From the NCBI RefSeq assembly GCF_009914755.1, contig NC_060944.1: DNA of 64,000 nt; one strand, 5' to 3'. Position numbers and translations under genes: made by a program. This DNA comes from the human T2T-CHM13v2.0 reference genome, Homo sapiens. Every line of letters begins with the position of its first letter. The stretch's first letter is position 1. Below are positions 37,373 to 55,333 of the stretch, one piece after another. Under the pieces are notes generated by a model that was not told where the DNA came from, did not search any database, and worked only from the letters and a program-made list of their open reading frames with translations.

Positions 37373-39926
37373 CCCTCCCACCACTGCCTTGCCCCGATTC
37401 TAGACAATGGGAACAAGATTGAATAAGATACAATCTCCCACCCCAAAGAGCCAGTAGTCCCTTTGATGACACAGACTGAGAGCAGTTTATGATCTCTACT
37501 TCTTTAGCTTGCAGCCAAGGAGGTGGAGCCGAGACCCATGGCTGAGTGCAGGACTGGTTCCTCAGCCCTGGAGAGGTGACATTAAAGGGTGTCTTTGCCT
37601 CACATGGTGCCCAGATGCCTCCCTTTGTACCCCATAAGCTGGTTAAGAGAGAATTATCTTTCTATAAAAGCAGAGAGACTTAATGCCTGGCAGACCCTGA
37701 ATGTAAATTTCAAACGATGTGATTTAAGTAAAACTTATTTAAAGTGAAAGTTGTGGTCACACTGAAGACACAGCCCATCTTTGTTTTTTGCCTTATACAA
37801 GTTTATGTGGAATTCCTTTCTTTCCCATTCTTTATACCCATTGGGTATAGGTATTCTCTTGGCTGACTCAGAACATTTATGGAGAAAATCAGAAACAGGG
37901 CTTCATCTCTTCTCCTAAAAATAGTTTCTCTTTTTCAAATAAACCTGCTGGTAAAGTGTTTACAAGTATAATATTTCACACAAGGAGGAAAGGATCATAT
38001 TAACTGCAAGAGAGAGGAATCTGGCACCTAATTCAAGAAACATCCTTCATACTTCTTGGGATTGGAAATACAAAATCCATGAGCCGAGAAAAGGGAGGGA
38101 TTGAGTAGAACACAGGAATCTAAGGAAAATTATAGCAAGAAAGGGCTTGGATCAACCCTTATCTGAGTCCCAGTATTTTGAGGAGTGTGTTTATCCATGA
38201 CTTGCCATTTTGAATCCAAAGGTAGTTTTGTAGTTTTTCCTTTTTCTCCACCTAGGGAAATAAATTGATGCTCATTTAGCATATACTATGTTTTGAAAGA
38301 AAGGAAAAAGAGAGAGAGAATATTAATTTGTGCAGCACCTCATGTGAGTTTCTACAGCTCAAATTTCCTTGGCAAATTTATTGTGGAGTTTCCACCTATA
38401 TAAAGGAATTTTCCTTACTAAGCATTTCCCAGATCTTTTTCAGTCTCTGTTTTCTTAATTTCCTAATTTTAAAAATTGTCCACCAGGGACCAGGACTGAG
38501 AGGACAAAATCAACAGAATGAGGCCATGTGGGATTTGGTTGCCAAGACTCAAGAGGGTCTTGCTCTTGTTGGAGCCTCAAGTCCAACAACGGTCTTGGTA
38601 ACAAAACACAAACAGTTCCCTTGACACTTATTGGAAGGGGGAGAGTGGGGTGTGGGAGCAATTGGCTTGCCTTCTAAAATGACTGAAAGCAAAATTTGAG
38701 TGAAGCCAATTAAATCCATGAGTATAAAGTAATTTTTGCAAGACCTTCCCAGCAGAGAGAAGCAGTCATATTGAAGATCAATCACAGAAAACCAGAAGCA
38801 TTTTGAAGTGGACTCATTAAATCTAACAAGGGGTTTTGGGATCTGGGACGGAAGAGGACAGCAAAAGTCTTTTAAATGTAATGTTTGTCCTGGTGAGTCT
38901 GGAGGCTATGAGAGCTCCTGTCCTTATACACTTGTGAACTAGTTCAAAAGGCTAGGTGAGGAAGCAGGACCAAGGCTGCGCCATGCCCTGGGAGAGAAGA
39001 GGAGGCAGAATGTAAGGACCGTGGGGCCAAAGTGGGCTCTGTTGCAGGCTCTGAGGAAGGAGAGGCAATATTCAATTCAGAGGCATGATGAGGCTTGTGC
39101 AAGCCTGGCCACTAACCAAGAGCCAAGATGAGCTGGGAGGAGGGAAGTCCAATTGACCAGCCCATTTGACCTTGGGTATGTGGGAGGAAGACAACAGGAA
39201 CACCAACTGCTACTGGGTCAAGTACCCTCTGAACTGAGACAGCGAAAACAGGAACAAGGCCAGCAGAGGCTTCTAAAGGGAAGCAACTGAATCTGGAACT
39301 GTGATTAGTCATGGTATAGAGAACACGTTCACTGATTCATGAGCATGTATTGATTGCCTACTGCATTCTAGGCTCTGTTCTAGGGACACAATGCCACAAG
39401 ACAGTCAAGAGGGGGAGAGACAAGCTAAGCAACAGCCCCAAAATAATGTCATAAGTAGCATGAAAGAGAAGTGTAGAGGAAACTAAGAATATGCCTAATT
39501 AGTCTTATTAGTAGAGAAGGCCTCCTTCCTCCCCATTGACACTACCCTCATTTAGACGGCTGTCATTTTTCACCTAAACATTGCAACTGTTCTACACTGA
39601 TCTCTTCACATCTTCTCATGCACCTTTCCAACACAGCCGATCATGTTACATGCCTACCTACCTAAAGCCCTTTAATACATCCCACTACAAGGCAGATGCA
39701 ATCAACATTCTTTAATATGACCAGCATGGCTCTGCTGTATCTGTCTTGTCTCTTTCTCCAACTTATTTTCCTCTACTCTGTCATGCTCTCTGAAATGAGG
39801 AGATGCTAAGGAAAAGACATCCAGGCAAAGATGTGCAGAAAAGTAACAATATACAAGAGAAAACTTAGGGAGTAGACAAAAAAAAAGTTCTCTCTAAAAT
39901 CCACTTTCTTTCATACTCTGAGAAGG

Positions 39927-40541
39927 TTTGGTAGACAGAATTCTAAGATGTTCCCACCTCAAGATTTCCTACCCCTGGTATACACACACCTACTCCAAGT
40001 TATTAAAGCAAACACTAATCTAGCTGCTTCTGTGAAAGAATTGTGCAAATGGAGTCAAGGTCCCAAATCAGTTGATAGGAAAGTTATCCCAGTGACCCTG
40101 ACCTAATCACAGGAGCCTGATATAAGCAGAGCGTTTCATCCAGCATCACGGAAGTTGGAGATTCAAAGCACAAGAAAGACTGAAGGCACTGTTGCTGGCT
40201 TGAAGATGGAGGGAACACATGACAAGAAATGCAGGCAGCCTCTAAGAGCTCAGAATGGCCCCTGGCTGACAGCCAGTGAGGAAACACGGGTTTCAGTTCA
40301 GCAACCACAAAGGAATGAATTTTGCCAACAACTGGTGAACTTGGAAGAGGATCCCAAGCCCCAAACAAGAACTCCAGCCCCTGCCTTGTTGACACCTTGA
40401 TTTTTGCTGGGTGAAATTCTGAGCAGAGAATTTAGTTATGCTGGGCCCAGACTTCTGACTTACATAAACTGTGAGATAATACACTTGTATCATTTTTAAG
40501 CTGGTAAATTTGTAGTTACACAGAAATAGAAAACTAATACT
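39927..40541 (+). mobile_element. MLT1E-like MaLR solo LTR
   Basis: 'tggtagacagaattctaagatg...gaaatagaaaactaatac'. Internal 'gctggcttgaagatggaggg...ccctggctgacagccagtgaggaaac'. Confidence 0.85.
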
Positions 40542-41416
40542 TGAAGCAAAAGAAAATTCAGCTTTCCAAAACATTTAGGCATATAGGACTTAAGTAAGTG
40601 TCCTCCTCATCATTGACCGATGCCCCATTCTGAGATTTTTAATCCAGACAGTTGCCCAAAGCATGAAGAGGGGATGTATATCACGTGTGTCTTTAGAAAC
40701 AGGGCAGGGAGTAGTTCTACTCTTAACTGCAACTCACAGTTGAAAGTCCGATTTCTTGTAATATTGATATCTGTGTTCTTTCTGGAATGGAAGGGGTCGC
40801 AGATATTTAGATTATTTTTGTGACCAACTAAGAGTGGGTAAAAGGTGAAAATGGGCTGAAAGCTGGTATTAGAGACATGGGTACTACTTACCTGTAGAAT
40901 AAGCAAATAACTGCCTTAATAAGTAAACAAATAACTTCTAAGTTTAATCCCCAAACCACAATTCTATAAGTTGGCATACACCAAAGTATTGAAAGTTGAT
41001 TTGGAAGTATTGACATAGACCAAAGCCCAAAGTGCTTGTAGAATTTGAGGGGAGAACCAGAGTGGCATCTCTTGGCAGATAGCATGGAAGGGAGACCTAC
41101 ATTCCCCATTAGAAAGGAACTGGGCTAATGTTGACATCTGACCTGTAGCAATGTTCTCCTAATACACGTAGCCCAAGAAAAGAAAGCTCTTTGTCAACTG
41201 AGAGTTGCTGGCCACTTGCCTAATCACCAGCCTTGCTTGCTTTAGAGAAATTTATTACCATAAAAAAGGGACAAACTGTAAAACTCAGACTTCAGTGTTG
41301 AAAAATTGTTAGGCCTTTGGCCCTTTTCTCAGCATTTGCAAAGAATTTCCTTATATACTTAGTGATGGGGTTAGATATATGTACCTTGGAGAGGAGCACT
41401 TGTATTGGAGCTTTTC

Positions 41417-41777
41417 CTTTTAATTTTTCTTCCACTTTTAATTTAGGTTCAGGAGGTATATGTGCAGGTTTGTTACATGGGTAAATTGTGTGCTGCTGAG
41501 GCTTGGTGTATGAATGATCCTATCACCAAGGTAGTGAGCATAACCTTCCAACTCATTCCCCACTTTCATTTTCCCCCGTCAAGCAGTCTCCAGTGTTCCC
41601 ATCTTTGGGTCCCTGTGTATTCAATGTTTAGCTCCCACTTATAAGTGAGAAAGTGCCACATTTGGTTTTCTTTCTTTCACAGCACCATTCACAATAACAA
41701 AGACATGGATGGAATTAACCCAGATGCCCATCAATGATGGACTGGATAAAGAAAATGTGGTACATGTACACCATGGA
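41417..41777 (-). mobile_element. Old L1PA/L1PB 3' fragment with inverted 5' part
   Basis: Antisense 3'UTR 41417-41670, then opposite-orientation ORF2-end sequence 41678-41777 ('ccattcacaataacaaagacatgg...gtacaccatgga'). Confidence 0.8.
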
Positions 41778-41899
41778 GATTTTTCAAAAGGGAAACTGTG
41801 TTAGAACTGAGCCGCCTCCTAGTCTTTCCGAAGAATGTATCAAGAGAACTTTTGTTGGTGTCAGAAAAGGCATGTTGGTGTCAGAAAAGGCTTCCCATG

Positions 41900-43170
41900 A
41901 AGGCAATATTGGGGCTGGGAAAAATGTTCATATGTCAGACAAGAGAAAGCTAGGACAATCTAGTCAGAGGTTGCAGAAGGTGTAAAGATGGTGGCATGAA
42001 TGACCGTGGAGGATCCAAAAAACTGAAAGTCAGTTTAGTATGCTTGGAGTACATTATTTAGTCAATGGCAGAAAGAGAAGATATACAATTGGAGATGAAC
42101 TTGGAAAAGTAGGTCTGACTCAGAGTCAAGGTAACCTTGATGCTTTCCTGAGCAGGCTGGGCATTAGCCTGTAAGGACCAAAGGATTTTTGCCAATGGCA
42201 TGATGTGATTATTCTCATTTTGGAATGCTGTCCATGAGGGTAGCAGTGTGAAGAATAAATTGAGATATCTAGGATGAGATCCCATTTCTGGTTTGGCCAA
42301 TGTCTTGAAATGAGATAAGGAATTAAATTGGGAGTCGGGGGGGATATATTTAGTTTGCTTTTGGACATGTTAAATTGTGTTTGCCTGCATTACACAAGTG
42401 AATATGTTGTGTTTCTGTTACTCAGGACATGGTCAATAATTGGAAATTCAGACTGGAGAGCTGTCACACTTAGCAGGGGCAGATTCATGAGCTTGCCTAG
42501 GGAAGCAGGTAGCATGATTGTTTATTTTTTCTGTAAATCAGGATACTCCTTTAGTTTATTTTACATAGATCAATCACTCTTGAATTTTTGTTAGGGAAGG
42601 CACTCACTTATCAATCATCAAAAATTTAATGTGATCCTTCCATAATTGGCACTGTTCAGACATCAATGGTGTTGTAGAAGACAAGATGGAAAAAATCCCT
42701 AGCCTCATAGAGCTTCACTCCACAAAAAGATGAGGAAGAGTAACAAATCATAGAATAAACAAATGTCAGATAGTGGTAAGTGCTATATAGAGAAATAAAA
42801 CAGGTTAAGCAGATCAAACATTGCTATGGAGATAATCGTTCTATTTTAGATAGTTTGGCCCTGTAAATTGTCCCTCAGGACATGACATTTGAGCAAAGAT
42901 CTGCATGAGGCAAGGTATGAGCCAGTCAAGGTCTAAAGGAAGAGAAAGCGGAGTCTGAAAGGTATGAGTCAGGAATCAGACATTCAAGGAAATGAAAGAA
43001 GGTTAAGGGCAGACAGAGATATGTGAATGAAAGGCAGAGAAGTAGGAGATGAGAATCAGGCAGAGGACTGATCATAACAGAACTTGGGGCTAGGGTTAGT
43101 GAGTTTGGGTGAGACAGAAACCACTGAAGGGCTCCAAACAAAGCAGTGATGTCATCTAATGTTTATTTGA
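41900..43170 (-). mobile_element. L2 LINE fragments
   Basis: Two antisense L2-like blocks (~41900-42500 and ~42630-43170), e.g. 'tagtttgcttttggacatgttaaattg' and 'gacatttgagcaaagatctgcatgagg'. Confidence 0.7.
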
Positions 43171-43809
43171 AACAATTTTATTGGTATCCATGGTTAATAG
43201 GGAGTGTGCTAAAAGATTAAAATTATTATTATTACTATTTACCTGTTCAGTCACCCACTCATATAATCTAGAAACATATTCTGAAAGCCTGCTCTATGCC
43301 AAGGATTGTGATAGACATTGGGGACACAAAAACTAGTAAGAGGCAGTCCTTTCCTTCAACATTTTGCAGTATTACAACTAAGTATGCGTACATCACACTT
43401 GACAATGGAGATTCTTGCACCCACTTCCCATTCCATGCTGTTTACCCTATACACCGGAGGTAGAATTATTTAAACACCAAGTAGCCTGGCATATTTTTAG
43501 CATCTTAGGAAGACCCTCACTGGATTTATATATTTTATTATGTAGTTATTCCCACTTCTCACTCTCACTCTCCTTCTAATATTCTTCATGTATCTAGTTT
43601 CATTTTTATAACTTCTTTCAAAATGTGTGTTCTAGTTTTGCAGTGACTTTTATTTCTTTCAAAATATATGTTTCAGACCAGCAGTAGAGAGTGTATGTAA
43701 TTCATTAGATTGTATATGGGGGCCAAGAGTCTATATTTTAGGGGAAAAAAAGGTCCCTGGGTATTGTTGATACCTACCCCAGCTCGGAACTTTTCAAAGC
43801 GGGAGGTAC

Positions 43810-43999
43810 TAAAGTTCATTGATGTGTTTGTAAACTTACTCCTTTGGGGGAAAAACACTCTGATTTGTAGCATTTGCTGATTTTCATGGTGCGAATATTT
43901 CCACCATGACCAATCTTAAGCTAAGAAAGATTTAACAACCAGGCTGCAAAAATCCTGAATAGTGAGCAATTGGCTGGAGCCAATTTCAGCATACTGTTG
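43810..43999 (-). mobile_element. MER63-like hAT-Blackjack DNA transposon fragment (MER5A-like piece at ~43720-43800)
   Basis: 'atttaacaaccaggctgcaaaaatcctgaatagtgagcaattggctggagccaatttcagcatactgttg' resembles the recalled MER63 terminus. Confidence 0.65.
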
Positions 44000-45852
44000 T
44001 TATGTCTTCAATCCCACCTACATAAGTACCTAATGAAGACATTACTCTGCTCGTAAGAATAGGTCATCTTAGTACAATGTGTCCTAAACAGGTAACAGGA
44101 ACTTTCAGTGTACCTAGATAAAGTCAGGTAGGTGTTGCAGAATCCCTGATAAGCCCGTCTAAAATTGAGTGACAGAGCTCCTTTTCTTTCAAGGATAGTT
44201 TTTAAAGTTTGTTACTGGGTTTCTCATGTGCACCATGATAGAAGCCAACTGTTTTGTCCTTACACTCTGAACAATTCCTAGACAAATTAGAAGGATGCCT
44301 CATGGCCATTCTATTGCCTCAGAAATGTTTGCCATCCTTGGGTTACATTGTTTACTGGAGCCAGGATCTGCAGGTGAGAACTGAAGAGTACAGTTGGGAG
44401 GACAATGGATCTTGAGAATTTAGAAGATATTTGGATTTTAGAAAGTCTTGGAAGAGAGGAGCTGAATCATTTCTAGAAGATTCAAAGGTTGCTTCTTTTG
44501 AGTAGTGCAATTTCCATATGGGCTTGTGATATCTTAAAAATATAGGTAGTCTTCCTCCTTTAAGACTATAAATGGTTAAATGCAGTTACTGAGAAGTAGG
44601 CATCATCATCATCATCACAGTCTAAACATCTTACATATTTAATTGTGAGGATTACAATAGAGAATCTTGTAATCATCATAATAACCTGATAAGTTTGTCT
44701 TAGTATTTTCTCCATATTATAAATTAGGAAATCAGACTCAGAGAAGTTAAGGAACGGATCCAAAACCATGCAAGATGGCAAAATGTAGCTGGGGTTTGAA
44801 ACCAGACTACCTGTGCCCAGAGCTCTCATTTTCCCTGCTCTGTCATACTCCTTCCCAATGGTCTTCATGGTGCCTGATCCATAGTGGGTGCTCCCAATAT
44901 ATTTATGCAATGAATAAAAATAAATAAATGACAGTGTGACTTCTAAGAGAAATAATTAAGCTTGGAATATATAGATTTTTAGAGTTTTTAATGTAATGAA
45001 AGGTCATGTATATAAAGCCACAGCAAAATGTTCTGCTATGAACCTTGAAAATTGAGTTCTTCCTTGGAAATAAAAAAAAAAAGTGTGAGCTTAAGGTAAT
45101 TGTCCTTTTATACTGTTGTACTTGTCATAGTGCCAGCATCTACACTTTTCCTCTAGAGATAAAATTAAAATGCCAAATTTTCATGATTATGAGATGATTA
45201 CAGAATAAGTGCTGATGGAAGAATCATGAAACAGAAAGGAGAGTCTGTATGCCTTCCCAACTAGTTAAGGACTTTTTTTTTTTTTTTTACTTTGCTTTGC
45301 TTTCCTTTCTTTTTTTTTCCCTGCAAGAGATATACTACATAAGGATTTTCTTCCATGTTCCCACTGTATGGACTCTTTTTCTCTCGATTATTATTCACCC
45401 TCTGATTGGTTGTGACATGTGTCTTTAGACAGGAACACTTGTGAATGCTCCAGCACCATTCAAAAGGTAGTTCATCCCAGCTGGACTGAAAACACTAGGA
45501 AAGTTTCACATTGAAGGACTGTTGCTTTTGTTGTAATAAAGAATACATACTTTTCCTACTACCAATAACTCTTCCCGTGATTAGAAAGGATTCTTCACAA
45601 GAAAACTTTGGCCAATGTGAAAAATGAGGTTTCCATTACATATGTCAATGTAATTGTCATGTGAAGTTTAACTGTCCCGCTTGTTTATTTGCTCATTACA
45701 TCTAAAGGGAAAGCAATATTGTGGGGGGGACAATCAGGTCCTGAGTGCATCAGTTTAATCCAGAGAGCTTATTTTTGATTTAAAATAAAAAGCTTCAGAA
45801 AGAGAACTGCAGACGTAGAATCCATCCTTTGCTCTTTTGTTTCACATTTCAG

Positions 45853-45970
45853 TGGGATGCAGACAGACCTGTGAGGCATGTTGCAAAACACCAGCAAGAG
45901 ATCCAAGGCTCACTCCTGAGGCTGACTCTGATTAGACCCTTGCTAACCACAGTTCAAGTAGATGAAAAGG
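45853..45970 (+). other. Candidate internal exon C (118 nt)
   Basis: Long polypyrimidine acceptor ctttgctcttttgtttcacatttcAG and donor AGG|GTGAGT. Confidence 0.5.
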
Positions 45971-46468
45971 GTGAGTGTATTCTGATGGAATTCTCCTTTG
46001 GTTTTCCCTCTGGGGCTGATGGGAGGGGACAAGTCCATTTGTCCTGTTTTACAAGTGCGATGTCTTTTGCTCTTAAAAAGGAAGAGCTTGCCACATGCCA
46101 TATACCCCACTATTAGTCAAGCAGTGGAAAGAACTCAATACAGACTAAAAAGTACAATGCCCAAAGGGACACCATCAATCCTTTATTACCACAACTTCCT
46201 CATTCTTGAGTTGTTTATATTGATTTATCTTTTGCTCAGGTAGAGTGACTTAGAGTAATTTTCTCAGCAAGAGAACAGGGATGGCCTCTGTTCTGAGCCT
46301 TTGCCAGCCTGAGAAATATTTCCCTCTGCCCTCATACAGAATAATTGGGCATGGAATTTTCGGGCCATAATCTTTTCCTCTCAAACTCTGTAGTTTTTGT
46401 TACTAATTTTGATCTTAGCCAAAAGGTGAAGAAGCAATGAATTTTCTGTTTGTTTTTTTTTTTTTCAG

Positions 46469-46625
46469 ACGTGTGTGGCATATAGCAATATATGAAGCTA
46501 AGATTATTTGGAATGTATTTTAGTCAACCTAACTTTTATTCCCACTTCTATTTAAAGTGTTTAGGCTTTATATTTGAAGTGTCACCATATTACTTGAATA
46601 AATCTCAGGTTGTAATTCTGTGTTT
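46469..46625 (+). other. Candidate terminal exon with polyadenylation signal
   Basis: Acceptor tttctgtttg(T)13cAG. AATAAA at 46597-46602 followed by GT/T-rich sequence. Second AATAAA at 46653-46658. Confidence 0.4.
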
Positions 46626-46791
46626 TTTTTTAAATTAATTTTGCCCAGGATCAATAAATTCTTTTAGTTCGCAGATTTTTTTTCTTTTACTCAATAATGT
46701 TTCCTTCTATTACTCCTTTAATTGCTTCTGGTGTGTGTTTTTTACCAAAAGAGAGGTTTCTCTGAGACACGTCTTTTATGTGTCTGTGTGT

Positions 46792-46821
46792 ATAGATAGA
46801 TAGATAGATACATAGATAGAT
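46792..46821. repeat. (TAGA)n microsatellite followed by TA-rich low complexity
   Basis: Directly visible. Confidence 0.9.
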
Positions 46822-47091
46822 ATTTTTACATATAAATGTGTGTTTATATACAAATATATACAATAAAAATATTTATTGTATACTTAGTATATAAAGTATG
46901 TATATATCTCACACAATGCAAACGCACACACAAGTATATATATATTCTATTATGTATATATGGTCCATATTCCCCTAGGCTCATCATTATTTGTTTTTTT
47001 CTAAGTTTCAAAGTTCTTTTTCCTTTATCTTTAAACGCTTCTGAATTCCTATAATCTTTTTTCTTCTGATACACATAGTTGTTTGCATAAA

Positions 47092-47139
47092 ATCTGTCAT
47101 TTACCACTTTTACGATCTGTCATTTACCACTTTTACGAT
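47092..47139. repeat. Perfect 23-bp tandem duplication
   Basis: ATCTGTCATTTACCACTTTTACG x2, then AT. Confidence 0.95.
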
Positions 47140-48176
47140 GAGTCCTTAATTCAAAAATTGAAGCAATAATGTATCCTTTAATTTCTTCCCTTATCTATCT
47201 TTCCTGATTTTAGATTGTTTCACTTACTGTATGCTTACTTAATTTCACAAATTCTATGTGTCTTCTAGAAGTTTAATCAGAAATGTTCTCAACTTTCTAT
47301 ATTTAAGAGTTTTTCTCTGATTCCTGGGAACTGGTAAAATGTAGAGGTTTGCTCTTGAGCCCATTTGATGAGCCTGTTTCTCAAGCATGGATTGCTTTCA
47401 CAGGAGATTGGAAGAGAAATTTTACCCAGTCCCTTTGTTCTCTCTTCTTCTTCTCTCTGGTTCTTGGTTCTGCTATTGGTTCTTCTCTCAGTACTGTCTC
47501 TTCATACTTGTACAATTCCTGAGTTTTTATATAACCACTAAAAAGTTGTTGGCATAGAAAAGACAAAGACCCAACCACTCCTCTGAGGGGTTTTTTGGTT
47601 GTTGTTTATTTTCTAGATGGAAATGTAATTTTGGGCTTGCTTCAAATGAATGTAGTAACCAGAAGAAGCCCTGTGTTCTAGAGAGTGAACTCCAGAAACA
47701 ATTTTCCAGAAAACACATATTTTCTATAATAAAGTATTAAACAGCAAAGCGTTCAAGATACCAAGTATGTTTATTTGTCACTATGGACGTAAATTCTGTC
47801 TCATTAAATGATAAAGTTCCCTTCTTTTGAGATGTGCCCTTTGGCCCATGCCACTGTGGCTGCTAGTGTATAATGCAAGAATTAGATTATCAGCACCCAT
47901 TGGCATGTCTCAGTTTTGTCTTATGTTGATCCACGTCATGTAAGTATATGTGTAATACATAGAAATAGCAAGGTAGAACTTAGTTTTAATTACTGTATGA
48001 CTTATATTAGTATTTGCCTCATGCTTTTTATTTAACTAATGACTCACAGATGCTCCTTTTCATGTTATTTGAATTTTAGAAATTTATCTATGCTATCTTT
48101 CACTTCTAAGTGCAATCATCTGCTTGTGTCATGCCTCTTGCCATGTTCCACTCAGTAGATGTCAAAAATTAGTCTC

Positions 48177-52331
<4,155 letters not shown>

Positions 52332-53665
52332 AAAAATTAGGCTCACAATCAACAAGCTGTATTGTACTTTTAAATACATTTTATAATCATAAACATGTAT
52401 TTTTTTTCTGAGCACCTACTTGGTGAAAAGTTTTAGAATTTAATTACTCTGTCATCCAACCAAGGAAGCTTTCAATAAAAATATAGACACCCAAGGAGAA
52501 GTTAGGCATCACCATGCTTCTTCTTTCTGGGGAAACAAGATGTTATTTGGTCAAAGATTTTTAAATTGACCCTAAGCTTCTTCAATAATTTGTAAATACC
52601 CAGTTGCAAAGAGAATGTATAAATGTCTATCTAACTCTGAGAAGCTTGGTGTCATAGGGAAAATGCTAGTTTCTCTCTTGCTGCATTCTAAGGCAGAGCG
52701 CACTGATGGCCAAAGGGAATCTGGCTGTAGCCCAAACCCATTTCTCTAACTTCCAAACCAGAGAGGACACACTCTGCTTCCAATAGCCCATCCAACAATG
52801 ATGGAACCATGGCTGATGGGAATTATCTCAAACTCATCAGGAATGAACACACACTTGCTAATGACTAACTTCCTTCCCCTCCATGTGTCCCTGCAGAGGA
52901 AGTAGGCAAGAGAGAGCAAGACCCTTGGCTCAACTTCAGCCTTTTCCCCTCTTTCCTTTCCCAAATACCCTCTCCTCTCTCTCCATTAGCATTCTTGATT
53001 CTTGAATTCCCATCAAGTTTTCAGGGGAAGGGGAAATACTATTTCTTGCACTTTTTGTTGGCGAAGAAACTGATGCTGTCTGCCTTTCATTGTTCTACCC
53101 AGCATCCGGTTTGGACTTGACTGAGGGCAGTGATGAAGGTGAACATCCAGTTGTGTCCCATGTCCTTTGAACAACTGTCTTTACACAGACAAACCATTTT
53201 GGAGACTGTTTATGCTTACTTGAAGTATCAGTAGCAAACTCACTGCATTACCCCCAGTGAGGGCCACTGATGGCATTCAAAAAGCTGCAAAAACAAAAAC
53301 AAAAATCAAACTCATAATTAAAAAACCCACAATGTCCTCAATATATTGATTAAACTTTCTGTATGACTATAGACATGGAGGAGAAGAAATCAACAGAGAG
53401 AGAGAAATAGGCTCTAGAAATAGGCTCTGCTTTCCCAACAGCAACAATGGTTGTGCCTTATCATGTGAATAACAACATACTAGAGTTGAACCATCATACT
53501 ATTGGTATATAGTAGGTGATCAATAAAATAGTTGTGAATATCAGTACCATATTTGCAGTATACTTGCCTTTCTAGGTAACTGGATCTAAAGGATAAATAA
53601 AGTACATCTAACTTAGAACTGAGGAGAGGTAAATTGTACTCTTTAGGTTATGGAAATATTTTTAA

Positions 53666-54212
53666 ATAAACTCTTTCTTTTGGAATTATCTTTGACTTAC
53701 AAAATAATTAGCTGAGTACAGAGAGTTCCATATATTTCTAACTCAGTTTCCCCTAACGTTACCAGCATATATTAGCACGGTTTATTTGTCAAAACTAAGA
53801 AACCAACATTGGTACTTTACTATAATTCTAGATTTTATTTAACTTTATTTTAATTTCACTAGTTTTCCCATTTTTTTGTTTTGTTTTGGGATCAAATCCA
53901 GGCTACCACACTGCATTTTGTCACCATCTCTCCATAGACAACTCTGGTTAGTGACAGTTATTTAGTCTTACTTTGTTTTTCATAATCTTGACCATTTTGA
54001 GGAATAATGGTAAGATGTTTTATAGAATACCCCTCAATTTGGGTTTGTTTGATTTTCCTTATGGTTTGACTGGGGTTTTGAATTTTTGGATAGACGACCA
54101 CAAAGTTACATGATATCCACATGATATCACTGATGATGTTAACCTTTATCACTTGGTTAAGGTACTGTCTGCCAGGTTTCTCCACTGTACAGTTATTATT
54201 TTTTTTCCTTTT
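53666..54212 (-). mobile_element. L1MB-like 3' end
   Basis: 'agtacagagagttccatatatttctaactcagtttcccctaacgttacc...gtcaaaactaagaaaccaacattggtac...tgccaggtttctccactgt'. Confidence 0.8.
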
Positions 54213-55003
54213 ATGGAATAGCTTCTAGTTTGGATATATTATAATTTCATTTAGCAAGTCTTTTTATATAGATCAGGAAATGGTTCTTTATTGTGAAGTT
54301 AAAAAGAAAAACAAAAAAGAAAGAAATGTCTTGCTGGAATCCTGGAGAAAGTTTGGTCAGTACTTGACTTTTGGTATCAAAATCACCCAATCCTTGTGGA
54401 ATTTGAAAGAGGTTAAGATTGTAGCTGAGAGTCTAAGCCATGCAACTTCTCTCTAAGCTCTTATCATGAGCACAGGGTCTGCACACCATCTTCCATGGGC
54501 ACTGAAGTTAACAGAGAAATCCTTCCACCCCCACCCAGACCTTTTCCATGTTCTTCTCTTTACCATTTCTCATCGTCTCTCTCTAACCTTCCATTGTGCC
54601 CTCTGACAGGCAAGGCCCCATCTCCCCATGTTGTGTCCTCCTTCACGGATCGTCAGTTACTTCTGTGTCTAGTTCCTAACCTTCATAAAGGACAGAAGTG
54701 GGCGGGGGTTATCAGATGCTGAGACTGTGGGAGAGAGAGGAAGGTGGCCCTCTTTTTGGCCTGCTCTCTGGATGAAGTATCTACAATACAACTAGACCTT
54801 TCACAATGTGGAAATTACAACTTCTGCTAGCATATCTCCTAATTTCACGATGTTTGAAGAGGATTTGCCTCCTTATCCATCTTGAATTACTATGTAATTC
54901 TATTTCTATTAATGCAGTATTGATAAACCACTTTCCAAAACTGGAGGACAGAGGTCATAGGGGTTAAAATGAATCCTTCCATTTTACATAGGTCTTGGGT
55001 TAA

Positions 55004-55333
<330 letters not shown>

